Assembly: GCA_947628585.1 (NCBI GenBank)
Contig: CANRAL010000002.1
Location: 1,343-65,342, forward strand
DNA length: 64,000 bases
Direction: 5' to 3'
Source of the DNA: an uncultured Bacilli bacterium
GTDB lineage: Bacteria; Bacillota_I; Bacilli_A; RF39; UBA660
Within the stretch, counting starts at the first letter, position 1. Each line of letters opens with the position of its first letter. The translations under genes were made by a program, and so were the position numbers. This document shows positions 28,921 through 38,353 of the stretch, piece after piece. The notes beneath the pieces were generated by a model, which was not told where the DNA came from, made no database searches, and was given only the letters and a program-made list of their open reading frames with translations.

Positions 28921-29262
28921 CAAAGAGTTGCTTTAATAAGAACACTCGCTATTAAACCGGATATTTTATTATTAGATGAACCATTTTCTGCTTTAGATTA
29001 TCAATCCCGTCTCGCAGTTAGCAATGATGTTTATAAAATAATAAAAAAAGAAAATAAAACAGTAATTATGATAACTCATGACATTGCCGAAGCAATTTCC
29101 TTAGCTAAAAAAATCATTGTTCTATCTAAAAGACCAGCAACTATTAAAACAGTCTATGAAGTTAAATTAAAAAATCCTCTTGATCCTATTAATAACCGTC
29201 AAGATGAAAATTTTTCCTATTACTACGAAAAAATATGGAAGGATTTAGATATTAATGTCTGA
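28921..29262 (+). pseudogene. ABC transporter ATP-binding protein, 3' fragment (Walker B, D-loop, H-loop)
   Basis: In-frame [23 protein letters not shown] ... ITHDIAEA continues exactly from the LSGGMKQRV break at 19186. The stop overlaps the permease start. Confidence 0.85.
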
Positions 29263-30046
29263 GGAACAAAAATTATATTTACGAAAAATTAAAAAACAAA
29301 AAATATTAATTGTTTTTATACAAATATTTATAATTATTCTATTTTTCTTTTTTTGGGAACTAGGAGCTAGATTAAATATTATTAATGAATTTATTTTTTC
29401 TAGTCCTAGTAAAATAATAAATACTATTATTAATTTAATTATTACTAATAATTTATTTAATCATATTTTAGCAACATTATATGAAATAATTATTGCTTTT
29501 ATTTTAGGTATATTTCTAGGATTTTTTATAGCAATTATTCTTTATGAATTTCCTATTATTGCTAAAATAATAGATCCTTTTTTAACTATGTTAAATAGTT
29601 TACCCAAAGTTGCTTTAGGGCCTTTAATAATTATTATTGCCGGAGCTAATATAAAAAGTGTTATTGTAATGGCTTTACTTATAAATTTAATTATCAGTAT
29701 TATTACAATATATAATGGTTTTATCAATACTGATATTCATAAATTAAAATTATTAGATTCTTTTAAAGCAACAAAATATCAAAAATTAACTAAATTAATT
29801 ATTCCTGAATCATATAACACGATAATATCCAGTTTAAAATTAAATATTTCAATGAGTCAAATTGGGGTTATTATGGGCGAATTTTTAGTTAGTAAAGAAG
29901 GTATTGGTTATTTAATTATTTATGGTACTCAAGTATTTAATCTAAGTTTAGTTATGAGTGGAATTTTAATTTTAATAATTATTTCTTTTGTCCTTTATAA
30001 ATTAGTAACTTACTTAGAAAATTATTTACTTAAAAATAGATCCTAA
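29255..30046 (+). CDS. ABC transporter permease (NitT/TauT, SsuC-like)
   Basis: Six TMs. Permease signature region around LPKVALGPLIIIIAG. Confidence 0.8.
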   Translation: MSEEQKLYLRKIKKQKILIVFIQIFIIILFFFFWELGARLNIINEFIFSSPSKIINTIINLIITNNLFNHILATLYEIIIAFILGIFLGFFIAIILYEFPIIAKIIDPFLTMLNSLPKVALGPLIIIIAGANIKSVIVMALLINLIISIITIYNGFINTDIHKLKLLDSFKATKYQKLTKLIIPESYNTIISSLKLNISMSQIGVIMGEFLVSKEGIGYLIIYGTQVFNLSLVMSGILILIIISFVLYKLVTYLENYLLKNRS

Positions 30047-30099
30047 GAAATTTATTATTCTTAGGATTTTTTTACTTATAATTTAAATATTTAATATTA

Positions 30100-30800
30100 T
30101 TTTCTGACAGTATTTTTATTTGAGAAATAGCAATTTTATTTAATCTTTCAAGTCTTTCAGCTTGAGTTAGTCCATAATTAATAAATACTGAATTTAAATT
30201 TTCTAAATTTGCTAAACATATAAGTTCATCAATAGAAGCATAATCCCTCATATTACCTTTTAAATTATTATTTTTTTCTCTCCATTCTTTAACACTAATC
30301 TTATAACTATTTAAACCCTTGACTTTTAATTATGGCGAACTTGCCATAATTAAAATTAGGATTAGGAATTTCTTCCCAAATTTCTAAAAATTCAATAGTA
30401 TTTCTATTGCAAAATATATTCTGTATTTTTGACATTCCAACTTTTTACATACTCATTTACTACTGATTTTCACTCTGTTGTCATATTGTCTTATCATTTT
30501 TTCATCTAGATAGCTTATAATCAGTTTGTTTTTTTTTGGCTCCTGAACCTATTTCTATCATTTTTCCCACTTGGCAAAAATGGTCGTCAATATGATTATT
30601 ACTTTTTTCACAAGTTATTTTAGCATTATCTATAACATTATTGAATTTATCCCATCTTTTATATTCAAGCACTGCCATCAGTTCTCTAGCATACCAATAT
30701 TCATTACCATATTCATTAAATATGTTTTATACTTTCAAATATTTCAGTAGTTTCTTCAATTTTTATAATTTCTTGCATTTTGATTATCCCCCAATCCTAT
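30100..30800 (-). pseudogene. Decayed Bro-N/DinD-like gene (multiple frameshifts/stops)
   Basis: Minus-strand fragments NEYGNEYWYARELMAVLEYKRWDKFNNVIDNAKITCE..., ...FNYGKFAIIKSQGFK* and ...KGLNSYKISVKEWREKNNNLKGNMRDYASIDELICLANLENLNSVFINYG... lie in three different frames. They parallel the intact DinD-like gene at 27797. Confidence 0.5.
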
Positions 30801-30861
30801 CACTTATTAGCATTTTATTATTAAAACGTTTGTTCATCAATGATTTTTTTATCTTTTGAAA

Positions 30862-31716
30862 CTAAATTACTAATAATTTCTTATTAGCTTTAATAATCAT
30901 ATAGATGGACATAGTTGTATTTATTAAACAGACAACAAAACCCATAATACTAGTCATTAACATTTTAAATTCAATATCATTTGTTCCAAATTGGGAAACC
31001 ATAGCAACTTCTAAAGAAATCATCGAAATCATGGCAACAGTTAAGTTAATACATTTACTTGAAGCTAAAAGAGGACTATGATCTTTTCGATATTTGATTA
31101 CATTTATTATAGCACTTATAATTAGATAAAAATCATACATAGCAACAATATAGATAATAAATCCAGCATAAGCTATTTCTTCTTGTTGTCTAATTATTAA
31201 AATAATCATACCAGTTAATATTAAATTTAAAAATAATAAAATTATACCCGTCATTCTTAATTTTTTATATTCGCTTTTTAATTTTTTACCAACTTCATTT
31301 TTTATATCTTTTACAATAGATAATTTCATTAAACAAAGAATCAAATAGTAGACTGCAAAAGTAATAAACCACCACGACATATAATATATTCCTGTTCCTA
31401 ATTTAAAAATACCATATACAAAATGAAGTAAAGTAGCAAATGCTAGACTATATTTTGTTATTAAAAGTTCGTGGTTTTTATATAACTCATAAGGTTTAGA
31501 TTTCTTAATAGCCTTATTACTAAATTCACATATCTTACAAAACCAAATAATAAATATAATTAAGGCATAGGTGGATAAAAGATAACTTATATAAGCAAGT
31601 GGTGTATTTTCTAAATGACAACTAAAAACATAAATTAGTAATCCAAAAGCCAAATTAAATAAGAAAAAGCCAATTATTTTATTAGGCACAAATAATTTGT
31701 TTAATATCTTTTTCAT
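30862..31716 (-). CDS. Polytopic membrane protein, unknown function
   Basis: 284 aa, ~8 predicted TMs. Confidence 0.4.
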   Translation of the reverse strand: MKKILNKLFVPNKIIGFFLFNLAFGLLIYVFSCHLENTPLAYISYLLSTYALIIFIIWFCKICEFSNKAIKKSKPYELYKNHELLITKYSLAFATLLHFVYGIFKLGTGIYYMSWWFITFAVYYLILCLMKLSIVKDIKNEVGKKLKSEYKKLRMTGIILLFLNLILTGMIILIIRQQEEIAYAGFIIYIVAMYDFYLIISAIINVIKYRKDHSPLLASSKCINLTVAMISMISLEVAMVSQFGTNDIEFKMLMTSIMGFVVCLINTTMSIYMIIKANKKLLVI

Positions 31717-31786
31717 ATCACACCTCTAACTATATATAATTATATCATTAAAAGAAAAAAGGAAGAATATTCTTCCAAGTAGATTA

Positions 31787-32182
31787 CTAATCTTTGTTAC
31801 CTTTTAAATAAGAATATATTGGGTAGTTAAGTACACAAATAAGTAAACCAACAATGCCTGTTACGATACCTATTAGTAAATCAGTTTTGGATGGATCTCC
31901 AACCATTACTTTACTCATACCAAATCCCATTACTAATGCCCCAACTATTCCGATTATCCAATTGAATACTATTCCCCAATTTATAGGTCCGTGTTCTTTT
32001 TTAGGATGATTACTTCTATAAACAGGAATAATACAAAGTAGAATGATAAATCCTAAAATTGCTACAACAACTCCTGCCTTTAATAAATCCCATTCAGGTA
32101 TTAAACACATCGATATACCTATTCCAAATACCAAGCCACCAATAGTTCCTAAAATAATTTCTAATAAAGTTTCTTTTTTCAT
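31787..32182 (-). CDS. Small membrane protein (131 aa, 4 TM)
   Basis: Hydrophobic ORF with an RBS. Confidence 0.4.
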   Translation of the reverse strand: MKKETLLEIILGTIGGLVFGIGISMCLIPEWDLLKAGVVVAILGFIILLCIIPVYRSNHPKKEHGPINWGIVFNWIIGIVGALVMGFGMSKVMVGDPSKTDLLIGIVTGIVGLLICVLNYPIYSYLKGNKD

Positions 32183-32198
32183 AATTTCCTCCTATACT

Positions 32199-32429
32199 TT
32201 ATTTATTTAATTTTTCTTGTTGCTTTTCTTTTAATTCTTCTTGTTCTTTTTGTAATCTCATCTTTGCTTCTTCGATCGTTTCTCCATCTTTTTTTAAGAA
32301 AGTATCAACAAACTTATCTTCTATCTTTTGGTATCCTCCAACAACGGTTTCTTCAATTTTTTTGTAACTACCAACAACAGCATCTTCTATTTTTTTATTA
32401 GCATCTACTATTTTGGACATAATTATCAC
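32199..32429 (-). CDS. Small repeat protein (KKIE(D/E)xVVGxY x3), YtxH/stress-protein-like
   Basis: Triplicated motif KKIEDAVVGSY / KKIEETVVGGY / QKIEDKFVDTF. Confidence 0.35.
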   Translation of the reverse strand: MIIMSKIVDANKKIEDAVVGSYKKIEETVVGGYQKIEDKFVDTFLKKDGETIEEAKMRLQKEQEELKEKQQEKLNK

Positions 32430-32543
32430 TCCTTTTTAATAACTAGACACTTGTCTTTTTATTACAATTTTAGTATAATCTTATAAAATAAGAAAAACAA
32501 TCAACAATTTATCGTCATTTGTCCAATTAAAAGGAGAAAATAT

Positions 32544-33074
32544 ATGAATACCCCAAATAATAAAAGAAAAAAAGAAACTAAAGATAAAATAAATAAAGTA
32601 TTTATAAATTTATTACAAACTAAAGAAATAAATGAAATTTCCGTTACAGATATTTGCAAATTAGCCAAAATAAATCGTTCTACTTTTTATGTCAATTATC
32701 TTGATATTTATGATCTAGCGGACAAAATCGGCCAAGAATTAGAGCAAGATGTTTTATCTTTATATCAAGAAGAAAGAGAAACAAATCATAATTCTAATAA
32801 CTTTTTAAAACTATTCAAACATATAAAAGATAATCAATTGTTTTATAAAACTTATTTTAAATTAAAAATGGATCAAAACTTTATAACTCAAGAATATGAT
32901 TATCATTTATCAAAAAAATTATATGATGATAAATATATAGACTATCATATGGAATTTTTTAAGGCAGGACTTAATGCTATTATTAAAAAGTGGCTTAGTA
33001 ATGAATGCAAGGAATCACCAGAAGAAATTGAAAATATTTTAAAAAGTGAATATAAAAATAAAAATTTAATTTAA
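32544..33074 (+). CDS. TetR/AcrR-family transcriptional regulator
   Basis: N-terminal HTH ISVTDICKLAKINRSTFYVNY. Confidence 0.75.
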   Translation: MNTPNNKRKKETKDKINKVFINLLQTKEINEISVTDICKLAKINRSTFYVNYLDIYDLADKIGQELEQDVLSLYQEERETNHNSNNFLKLFKHIKDNQLFYKTYFKLKMDQNFITQEYDYHLSKKLYDDKYIDYHMEFFKAGLNAIIKKWLSNECKESPEEIENILKSEYKNKNLI

Positions 33075-33853
33075 AATAAACCCCATTCGGCAAATTTTTC
33101 AAAACCACCAATGTTTTTTATATATTCCCAAGCTTCATCAACAATTTGGCAATAAGGTTTACCATCTATTAAAGTATCTCCAATAGCACAACTAATTTCT
33201 ACTTTTTTCTTTAATTCTTGAGCTTTTTTAAAAGCATAAATATTTAAAGAAACATCAGCTTTAGATAAATCTTTGCCATGTAATCCACCACCAGTAATAC
33301 TATGTCCCATATCGGAACCTAATTTTCTATTAGTTGCTCCACTATCTACATTTATACCACCCGTCCAATAACCTAAAGGATTAATAATAGCCTTTGAATA
33401 ATCTTTAACTAAATCGCTTTCTAAAGCATGACTTTGGCAAATAATTAATTTATTTTGATCTAAAATATATTTGCCATCATAAGGATATTTTTGATATATT
33501 TTTCGCGCAATTGTTGCTAATTTTATTTCTTCTTTAGTTAATGGTTCTCCTTTAAAAATTCCATTATCACCACATCTAATTTCATTTTCTTGATTTATTG
33601 CTAAATGTTTATCTTGTTTATAAATTTTTAAATCTAATGTAATATCTCCCGCGATTCTTTTAATAATTTTTTTAATTTCCCCTTTTAAAAATTGTTCGGA
33701 AGTTTCTATTATGATATGACAAATACCATGACCAATTAAAACTTCAACTGCTACCTTAGGATTCTTATTCTTTGTATAAGCAAGGTCAACTATAGCCCCC
33801 GCGATACGATCAGCTATCTTATCAGGATGACTTGGATTTACTTTTTCAATCAT
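33071..33853 (-). CDS. Compact S-adenosylmethionine synthetase-like protein (~260 aa, start at internal ATG 33853 behind a GGAAGGAG RBS)
   Basis: MAT signatures SHPDKIADRIAGAIVD (GHPDK box), CGDNGIFKG (GAGDQG-like) and GGGLHGKDLSKAD (GGGAFSGKD box). It is ~120 aa shorter than canonical MetK. A SAM-I riboswitch lies upstream. Confidence 0.55.
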   Translation of the reverse strand: MIEKVNPSHPDKIADRIAGAIVDLAYTKNKNPKVAVEVLIGHGICHIIIETSEQFLKGEIKKIIKRIAGDITLDLKIYKQDKHLAINQENEIRCGDNGIFKGEPLTKEEIKLATIARKIYQKYPYDGKYILDQNKLIICQSHALESDLVKDYSKAIINPLGYWTGGINVDSGATNRKLGSDMGHSITGGGLHGKDLSKADVSLNIYAFKKAQELKKKVEISCAIGDTLIDGKPYCQIVDEAWEYIKNIGGFEKFAEWGLF

Positions 33854-33929
33854 TATTAACACTCCTTCCATCAAAAGTAAATTAGTCATTAAAATTGCTT
33901 TTTCATAAATACTCCTTTCTCGCATCTCA

Positions 33930-34060
33930 TAAAAAAACACCCAAGATAACCTTGAGTATTAAAGTTATCTTATAGATCTAGCATTACCACCTAATTTAAT
34001 AGGTTGGTGCGACTTCATAGGGCTAGTCCCTCCATCGCTCTTTATAAGATGTTGAAATAA
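33930..34060 (-). promoter_or_regulatory. SAM-I (S-box) riboswitch with terminator expression platform
   Basis: Minus strand reads CTTATAAAGAGCGATGGAGGGACTAGCCCTATGAAGTCGCACCAACC...GGTGGTAATGCTAGATC. A terminator GATAAC...GTTATCTTGGGTGTTTTTTT follows. Confidence 0.8.
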
Positions 34061-34089
34061 TTATAACAATTTAATTAACGATATGCAAA

Positions 34090-34548
34090 TTATTTTTCAA
34101 ATTTAACATTAATAGTACCCCTACCTAAATCAACCAAATTATCAATATGGCCTATTTTCGTGTAGCTATAATTTGTTTCAAATGATTTGTAAAAAATAAC
34201 TAAACAATCATTTCCATAAAGCATTATATCTCCCTTGGTAATTTGTTTAGGATTTATAGAATTTGTAGGTAATTCATAATCTAAATAAACATACTTTTCA
34301 TTGCCATTAAGTTCTTGCATATTAAATTCTTGAGGCAATTTATTTATAAAGGCTTTTGTCGTTTCATTATCCAAAACTGTTACTTCATAAATTATTCCAT
34401 TTATATTTACTTTAATATTTTCCATATATTCCTCATTATTATTAATACTATTTGAATTATTATTTATATTTTTATTAGTTAATTTATAGGTAATAAAACC
34501 TATTACCAGAAAAAGAAAAATTAAAACTATAATTATTATTTTTTTCAT
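34090..34548 (-). CDS. Secreted/membrane-anchored hypothetical protein (152 aa)
   Basis: N-terminal TM. No motif recognised. Confidence 0.4.
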   Translation of the reverse strand: MKKIIIIVLIFLFLVIGFITYKLTNKNINNNSNSINNNEEYMENIKVNINGIIYEVTVLDNETTKAFINKLPQEFNMQELNGNEKYVYLDYELPTNSINPKQITKGDIMLYGNDCLVIFYKSFETNYSYTKIGHIDNLVDLGRGTINVKFEK

Positions 34549-34558
34549 AATCTATTCT

Positions 34559-35491
34559 TTATTTCTTAACTTTTTTATATATAAAGTAAGAAGTTCCTCC
34601 TATAAGCGAAGTTGACGCTAAAAAAGATAATATATTTGGATTTTCTTCAGTATTGGTAATCTCGGGCTTTTCTTCCTCTTCTATAATTTCAGTTTTAGGT
34701 AAAAAGGCTCTATTAACAAATATTGAATAATCTTGTTCTTCACCGTTTTCCGCTTTTACTCTAATAATTATTTCATTATATCCTTCTTTTAAGTCCTTAT
34801 TTCCTATGATTTCAGCAGTTGACATATCATCTTCTAAAACATAATCAATATCCAACTCATTTTTATCATTAGGAATATTAAAAATATCACTTTTATATGC
34901 ATTAAATAATACTTCTTTACCATCGACCATTATTTTTATATTTTTATTATTACTTAATATTTTTTCTCGCGTAATATTTAAACTATATTCTTTAACATTA
35001 CCATTTTCCGCGGTTACTTTTATTTTAATAAGGTTTTCCCCAATTGTTAATTTAGGATTACTTAAATAATTAATTTGAGCTTTGGTATCATTAGCCACAG
35101 CTAAAATTTTTACACTTTCTTTTATAGTACTATAATCCATATTACTAAGAATTGGAATTTCTTCATCATCAATAGTTATTTTTTTTAAGGTATTATCACT
35201 ACTTTTAGGTTTCTCCGTAATAGTCGGTTTTTGATTTTCAGAACTAGAGTTACTTGAGGAATTATTGTTAGTAGAGCCAGATGAACTACTACTTGAACTA
35301 TTAGAGCAACCTCCATGATGAGAGCAGCATCCTTGATGACAATCATCACAACTCTTACTTATTGTTCCATCATTACAAACAATTCTTGCCATAACAGACA
35401 TTGGATAAAATAAGATTATCAAAAATACACTAATCCAACAAATAACTTTTTTCATTTTTTCACCACAACTATTAATAACATTATAAAACAT
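34559..35491 (-). CDS. Surface protein with Cys/His-rich N-terminal motif, two cadherin-like beta-sandwich repeats and C-terminal TM anchor
   Basis: CNDGTISKSCDDCHQGCCSHHGGCS. Two ~75-aa repeats ending ...VTAENGNVKEYSLNITR / ...VKAENGEEQDYSIFVNR (Cadherin-like_3 pattern). Ser-rich linker. Confidence 0.55.
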   Translation of the reverse strand: MFYNVINSCGEKMKKVICWISVFLIILFYPMSVMARIVCNDGTISKSCDDCHQGCCSHHGGCSNSSSSSSSGSTNNNSSSNSSSENQKPTITEKPKSSDNTLKKITIDDEEIPILSNMDYSTIKESVKILAVANDTKAQINYLSNPKLTIGENLIKIKVTAENGNVKEYSLNITREKILSNNKNIKIMVDGKEVLFNAYKSDIFNIPNDKNELDIDYVLEDDMSTAEIIGNKDLKEGYNEIIIRVKAENGEEQDYSIFVNRAFLPKTEIIEEEEKPEITNTEENPNILSFLASTSLIGGTSYFIYKKVKK

Positions 35492-35521
35492 TTATTAAAG
35501 ATTCGCAAAAAATAATTTTGG

Positions 35522-36235
35522 TTATTCTTTACAAAAATTAAGTAACTTATTTATTGTAACTTTTTCATTAGATTTTATCACCCAATATTCATTAACTTCA
35601 TCATAATTACACCGATATACATCATAAAAAGGGGTATTATAATAAATAACATTACCAGTGGTAGTAGTTATAATTCTAAACATTGGGGCTTCATCATTTA
35701 ATTTTACATTTAGATAATCAATAAATAATAAAAATCCCATACTACATATAAAAATTAAAAAAGTAATTAGTAATCGTTTATACCATTTAAAAGTTGACAT
35801 TGTTCGAAAAATACCAACCATAGATATTAATAAACCTAAAATAGAATAAATACTTCCCCAACTACTTTCACTAGGAAATATCATAATTGCAGATAGGGTA
35901 ATAAATAAGCCAAAGACAATAATTATTAAAGATACAATTTGCTTATACTTTTGAATTTTTTGTTTAGAATAATTAAGCGTATTAGCAATATTTTCTTCAA
36001 ATTTTTCTTGATAATTATCTTGTTTTAATTTTTCGCCACTTAGTAATTCATTAACCGTTATTTCAAGTATTTCACATAAAGGAATAAATAAAGATACATC
36101 TGGCATATTTCGGCCATTTTCCCAATTGCCAATTGTTTTGTCGGATACCCCTAACAAAGTAGCTAATTCTTGTTGGGTTAATTTTTTAAAATGCCTCCTT
36201 TCATTAATAAATTTACCAATTTTTTCTTGATTCAT
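35522..36235 (-). CDS. XRE-family HTH transcriptional regulator with membrane-spanning C-terminal domain
   Basis: HTH LTQQELATLLGVSDKTIGNWENG. Three predicted TMs follow. Confidence 0.7.
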   Translation of the reverse strand: MNQEKIGKFINERRHFKKLTQQELATLLGVSDKTIGNWENGRNMPDVSLFIPLCEILEITVNELLSGEKLKQDNYQEKFEENIANTLNYSKQKIQKYKQIVSLIIIVFGLFITLSAIMIFPSESSWGSIYSILGLLISMVGIFRTMSTFKWYKRLLITFLIFICSMGFLLFIDYLNVKLNDEAPMFRIITTTTGNVIYYNTPFYDVYRCNYDEVNEYWVIKSNEKVTINKLLNFCKE

Positions 36236-36384
36236 TTTTTCTCCTTTCCCTTATAATAATACAAATTTTTTTAAAATTTAACAGGAAATAAAACAAGGGT
36301 TCTATTTATTTTAGAACTTGTCTAGTCTAATATAATTTACAAAAGTGGCCAAACCCCATAGATTATAAATGAGGGAGGAAATAA

Positions 36385-36662
36385 ATGAATTATTACAATA
36401 CGGCTTTACAAAAAATTAAATGTGCTCAGCAACAATTTAGTACAGCAGGTTGTTGCTGTATAGGAAATATTGGACCAACTGGGCCAACTGGACCTCAAGG
36501 GCCAGCGACAATTACTGTAGGGACCACAACTACAGGAGCACCCGGTACTCCAGCCTCAGTTGTTAATGTCGGAACAACCGAAAATGCCATTTTAAATTTT
36601 ACAATTCCTGAAGGAATAACCGGACCAACTGGGCCAACTGGTGCGACAGGTGCAACTGTATA
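36385..36662 (+). pseudogene. Collagen-like (BclA-like) protein, 5' portion, interrupted by element 2
   Basis: N-terminal domain plus GPTGPTGPQGP...GITGPTGPTGATGATV Gly-X-Y triplets. The frame stops 8 codons after the junction. Confidence 0.7.
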
Positions 36663-36790
36663 TAGTAAAAAGTGGCACTTTTATTAATATGTCAAAAATT
36701 GGATGTCAATCGGCTAGATATTTATTTACAGTTAACATATATTATTATATAATGCTATTAAGAAATTAATTTAGAAAGGAATTTGAAAAA

Positions 36791-38161
36791 ATGAAAAAAA
36801 TGTCAGACAAAGCAATTAAAGGATTACTTTTTGCTTCGGGAGTTGTTACCGCGGGAATTTGTACTCTAGCTATTAAAAACAATACATTTGATACAGATAA
36901 TAAAGATACTTTAAATCTAGTTGAAAATGAAGTAATGGGAGTTGAAAATGCTAATCTTTTAGAACAAGCTCAAAAAGAAGTTGATGAAGCCCAAGCTCAA
37001 GTAAAGATGGCTGATGTTGAATTACAAGAAGCCACAAAAGAACAAGAAGCGGCTGAAGCAGAAGTTAAAAATGCTACAGAAGTTTTTGAAAAAGCTCAAA
37101 AAGCCAAAAGTGAAGCGGAAGCTCAAGTAAAAGCTGCTAAAACAGAAGAAGAAAGAAGAGTAGCGGAAGAAAAAGTTAAAGCTGTTGAAGCGCAAATAGA
37201 AAAAGCAGAAAGTGCTAAAAAGGCAGCGGAAGCTAAAGTTCAAACAGCTGTAGAAAATACTAAAAAAGCGGAAAATGTAAAAAAAGAAGCGGAAAAATTA
37301 GTTCAAAAAGCTGAAGATAATAAAAAGAGTGTTGAAGAACAAGTAAAAAAAGAACAAGCTCAAAATATTATTACAGAAGATGAAACAAAGAAAACAGAAA
37401 CTAATGTTGAACAAGTAAAAGAAACTGAAGTAAAACAAACAGAAACTAAACAAGTTGAAACAAAAAAAGTCGAAGAACCTAAAAAGTCCGAAGAAGTTAA
37501 AAAATCTGAAGAATCTACATCCGAAAATAGAACTTTACCTCAATGGGCACTAGATGCTGCAGCAAGAAGTGAACAAGCGGCAAAAGAAGAAGAAGCTAAA
37601 AGAGAAGCCCAAAAAGCTATAGATAAAGCCAATGCTGAGGCGGAAAGAAAAGCTCAAGAAGAGGAAGAAGAAAGATTAAGACAAGAACGCGAAGCTTGGG
37701 AAAAAGAAATCCAAAGACAAAGTGAAGAAGTTAATAGTCGGACTAATGAAAGTAAAGAAGATTTACCGGGAGATAGAACATTTACATTTAAAAGTGCTCC
37801 ATCTAATGCTGAAGAAGAAAGATACATTCAATCTTTAGATAGAGTTATATCAAATGTTAGTGAAGTTGTTGATACGCATTCAAAAATAACTGTTGATAAA
37901 ACAAGCAACCTTGCTAAAGGCCAAATTTGGTGGGTTGAAATGAGTTGTAATCTAACAATGTGTGAAGGATTCCCAGGACATTTCAATACTGCTAAAGTAA
38001 GTGTAAGACTTGAAGGATTACGTGATTCTGTAAATAATATTACCCTTACAGCGCCAACTGCTAAAGCAGGTTATAGATTTGTAGGATGGAAAACTTATAC
38101 AGTTAGATATAATAATGAAATTAATATAAGAGGATACGAAGCTGTATACGAAAAAATGTAA
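36791..38161 (+). CDS. Membrane-anchored coiled-coil protein with Ala/Glu/Lys-rich repeats (456 aa), cargo of element 2
   Basis: N-terminal TM. ~250 aa of EAEAQVKAAK/KAAEAKVQ-type helical repeats. C-terminal globular domain with Cys pair. Confidence 0.5.
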   Translation: MKKMSDKAIKGLLFASGVVTAGICTLAIKNNTFDTDNKDTLNLVENEVMGVENANLLEQAQKEVDEAQAQVKMADVELQEATKEQEAAEAEVKNATEVFEKAQKAKSEAEAQVKAAKTEEERRVAEEKVKAVEAQIEKAESAKKAAEAKVQTAVENTKKAENVKKEAEKLVQKAEDNKKSVEEQVKKEQAQNIITEDETKKTETNVEQVKETEVKQTETKQVETKKVEEPKKSEEVKKSEESTSENRTLPQWALDAAARSEQAAKEEEAKREAQKAIDKANAEAERKAQEEEEERLRQEREAWEKEIQRQSEEVNSRTNESKEDLPGDRTFTFKSAPSNAEEERYIQSLDRVISNVSEVVDTHSKITVDKTSNLAKGQIWWVEMSCNLTMCEGFPGHFNTAKVSVRLEGLRDSVNNITLTAPTAKAGYRFVGWKTYTVRYNNEINIRGYEAVYEKM

Positions 38162-38353
38162 TATAATTAATTTAAAGAAGGTAATTTAAACTATCTTCTT
38201 TTTTTTGGCTTTAAAAATATTTATTCAGAATAAAATATTATCAAAGGAGGTTTATTATGAATGTTATAAGTCATTTTAATGCTAAAGGAGAAAAATTAAC
38301 AATAATAATTGAAGAATTATTAAAAGAATATTATAAAAATATATAAAATTATT

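Larger units (their letters stand above)
19187..28930. mobile_element. Integrated ~9.7 kb element (large serine recombinase-bearing) inserted inside the ABC ATPase gene, flanked by 10-bp direct repeat CAAAGAGTTG
   Basis: CAAAGAGTTG occurs at 19177..19186 and 28921..28930. Joining the flanks restores ...[30 protein letters not shown]. Imperfect inverted repeats lie at the ends (TGTGTACACAC versus GTGTCTATACTACAC). Cargo includes a serine recombinase, a Bro-N/DinD-like gene and several hairpins near the right end. Confidence 0.8.

Noticed and set aside
28897-29262. 121-aa ORF starting MKMCLYYTQRV as a stand-alone gene
   Set aside because: It begins in the middle of an ABC ATPase (Walker B onward) and continues precisely from the break at 19186. 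The ATG is fortuitous.
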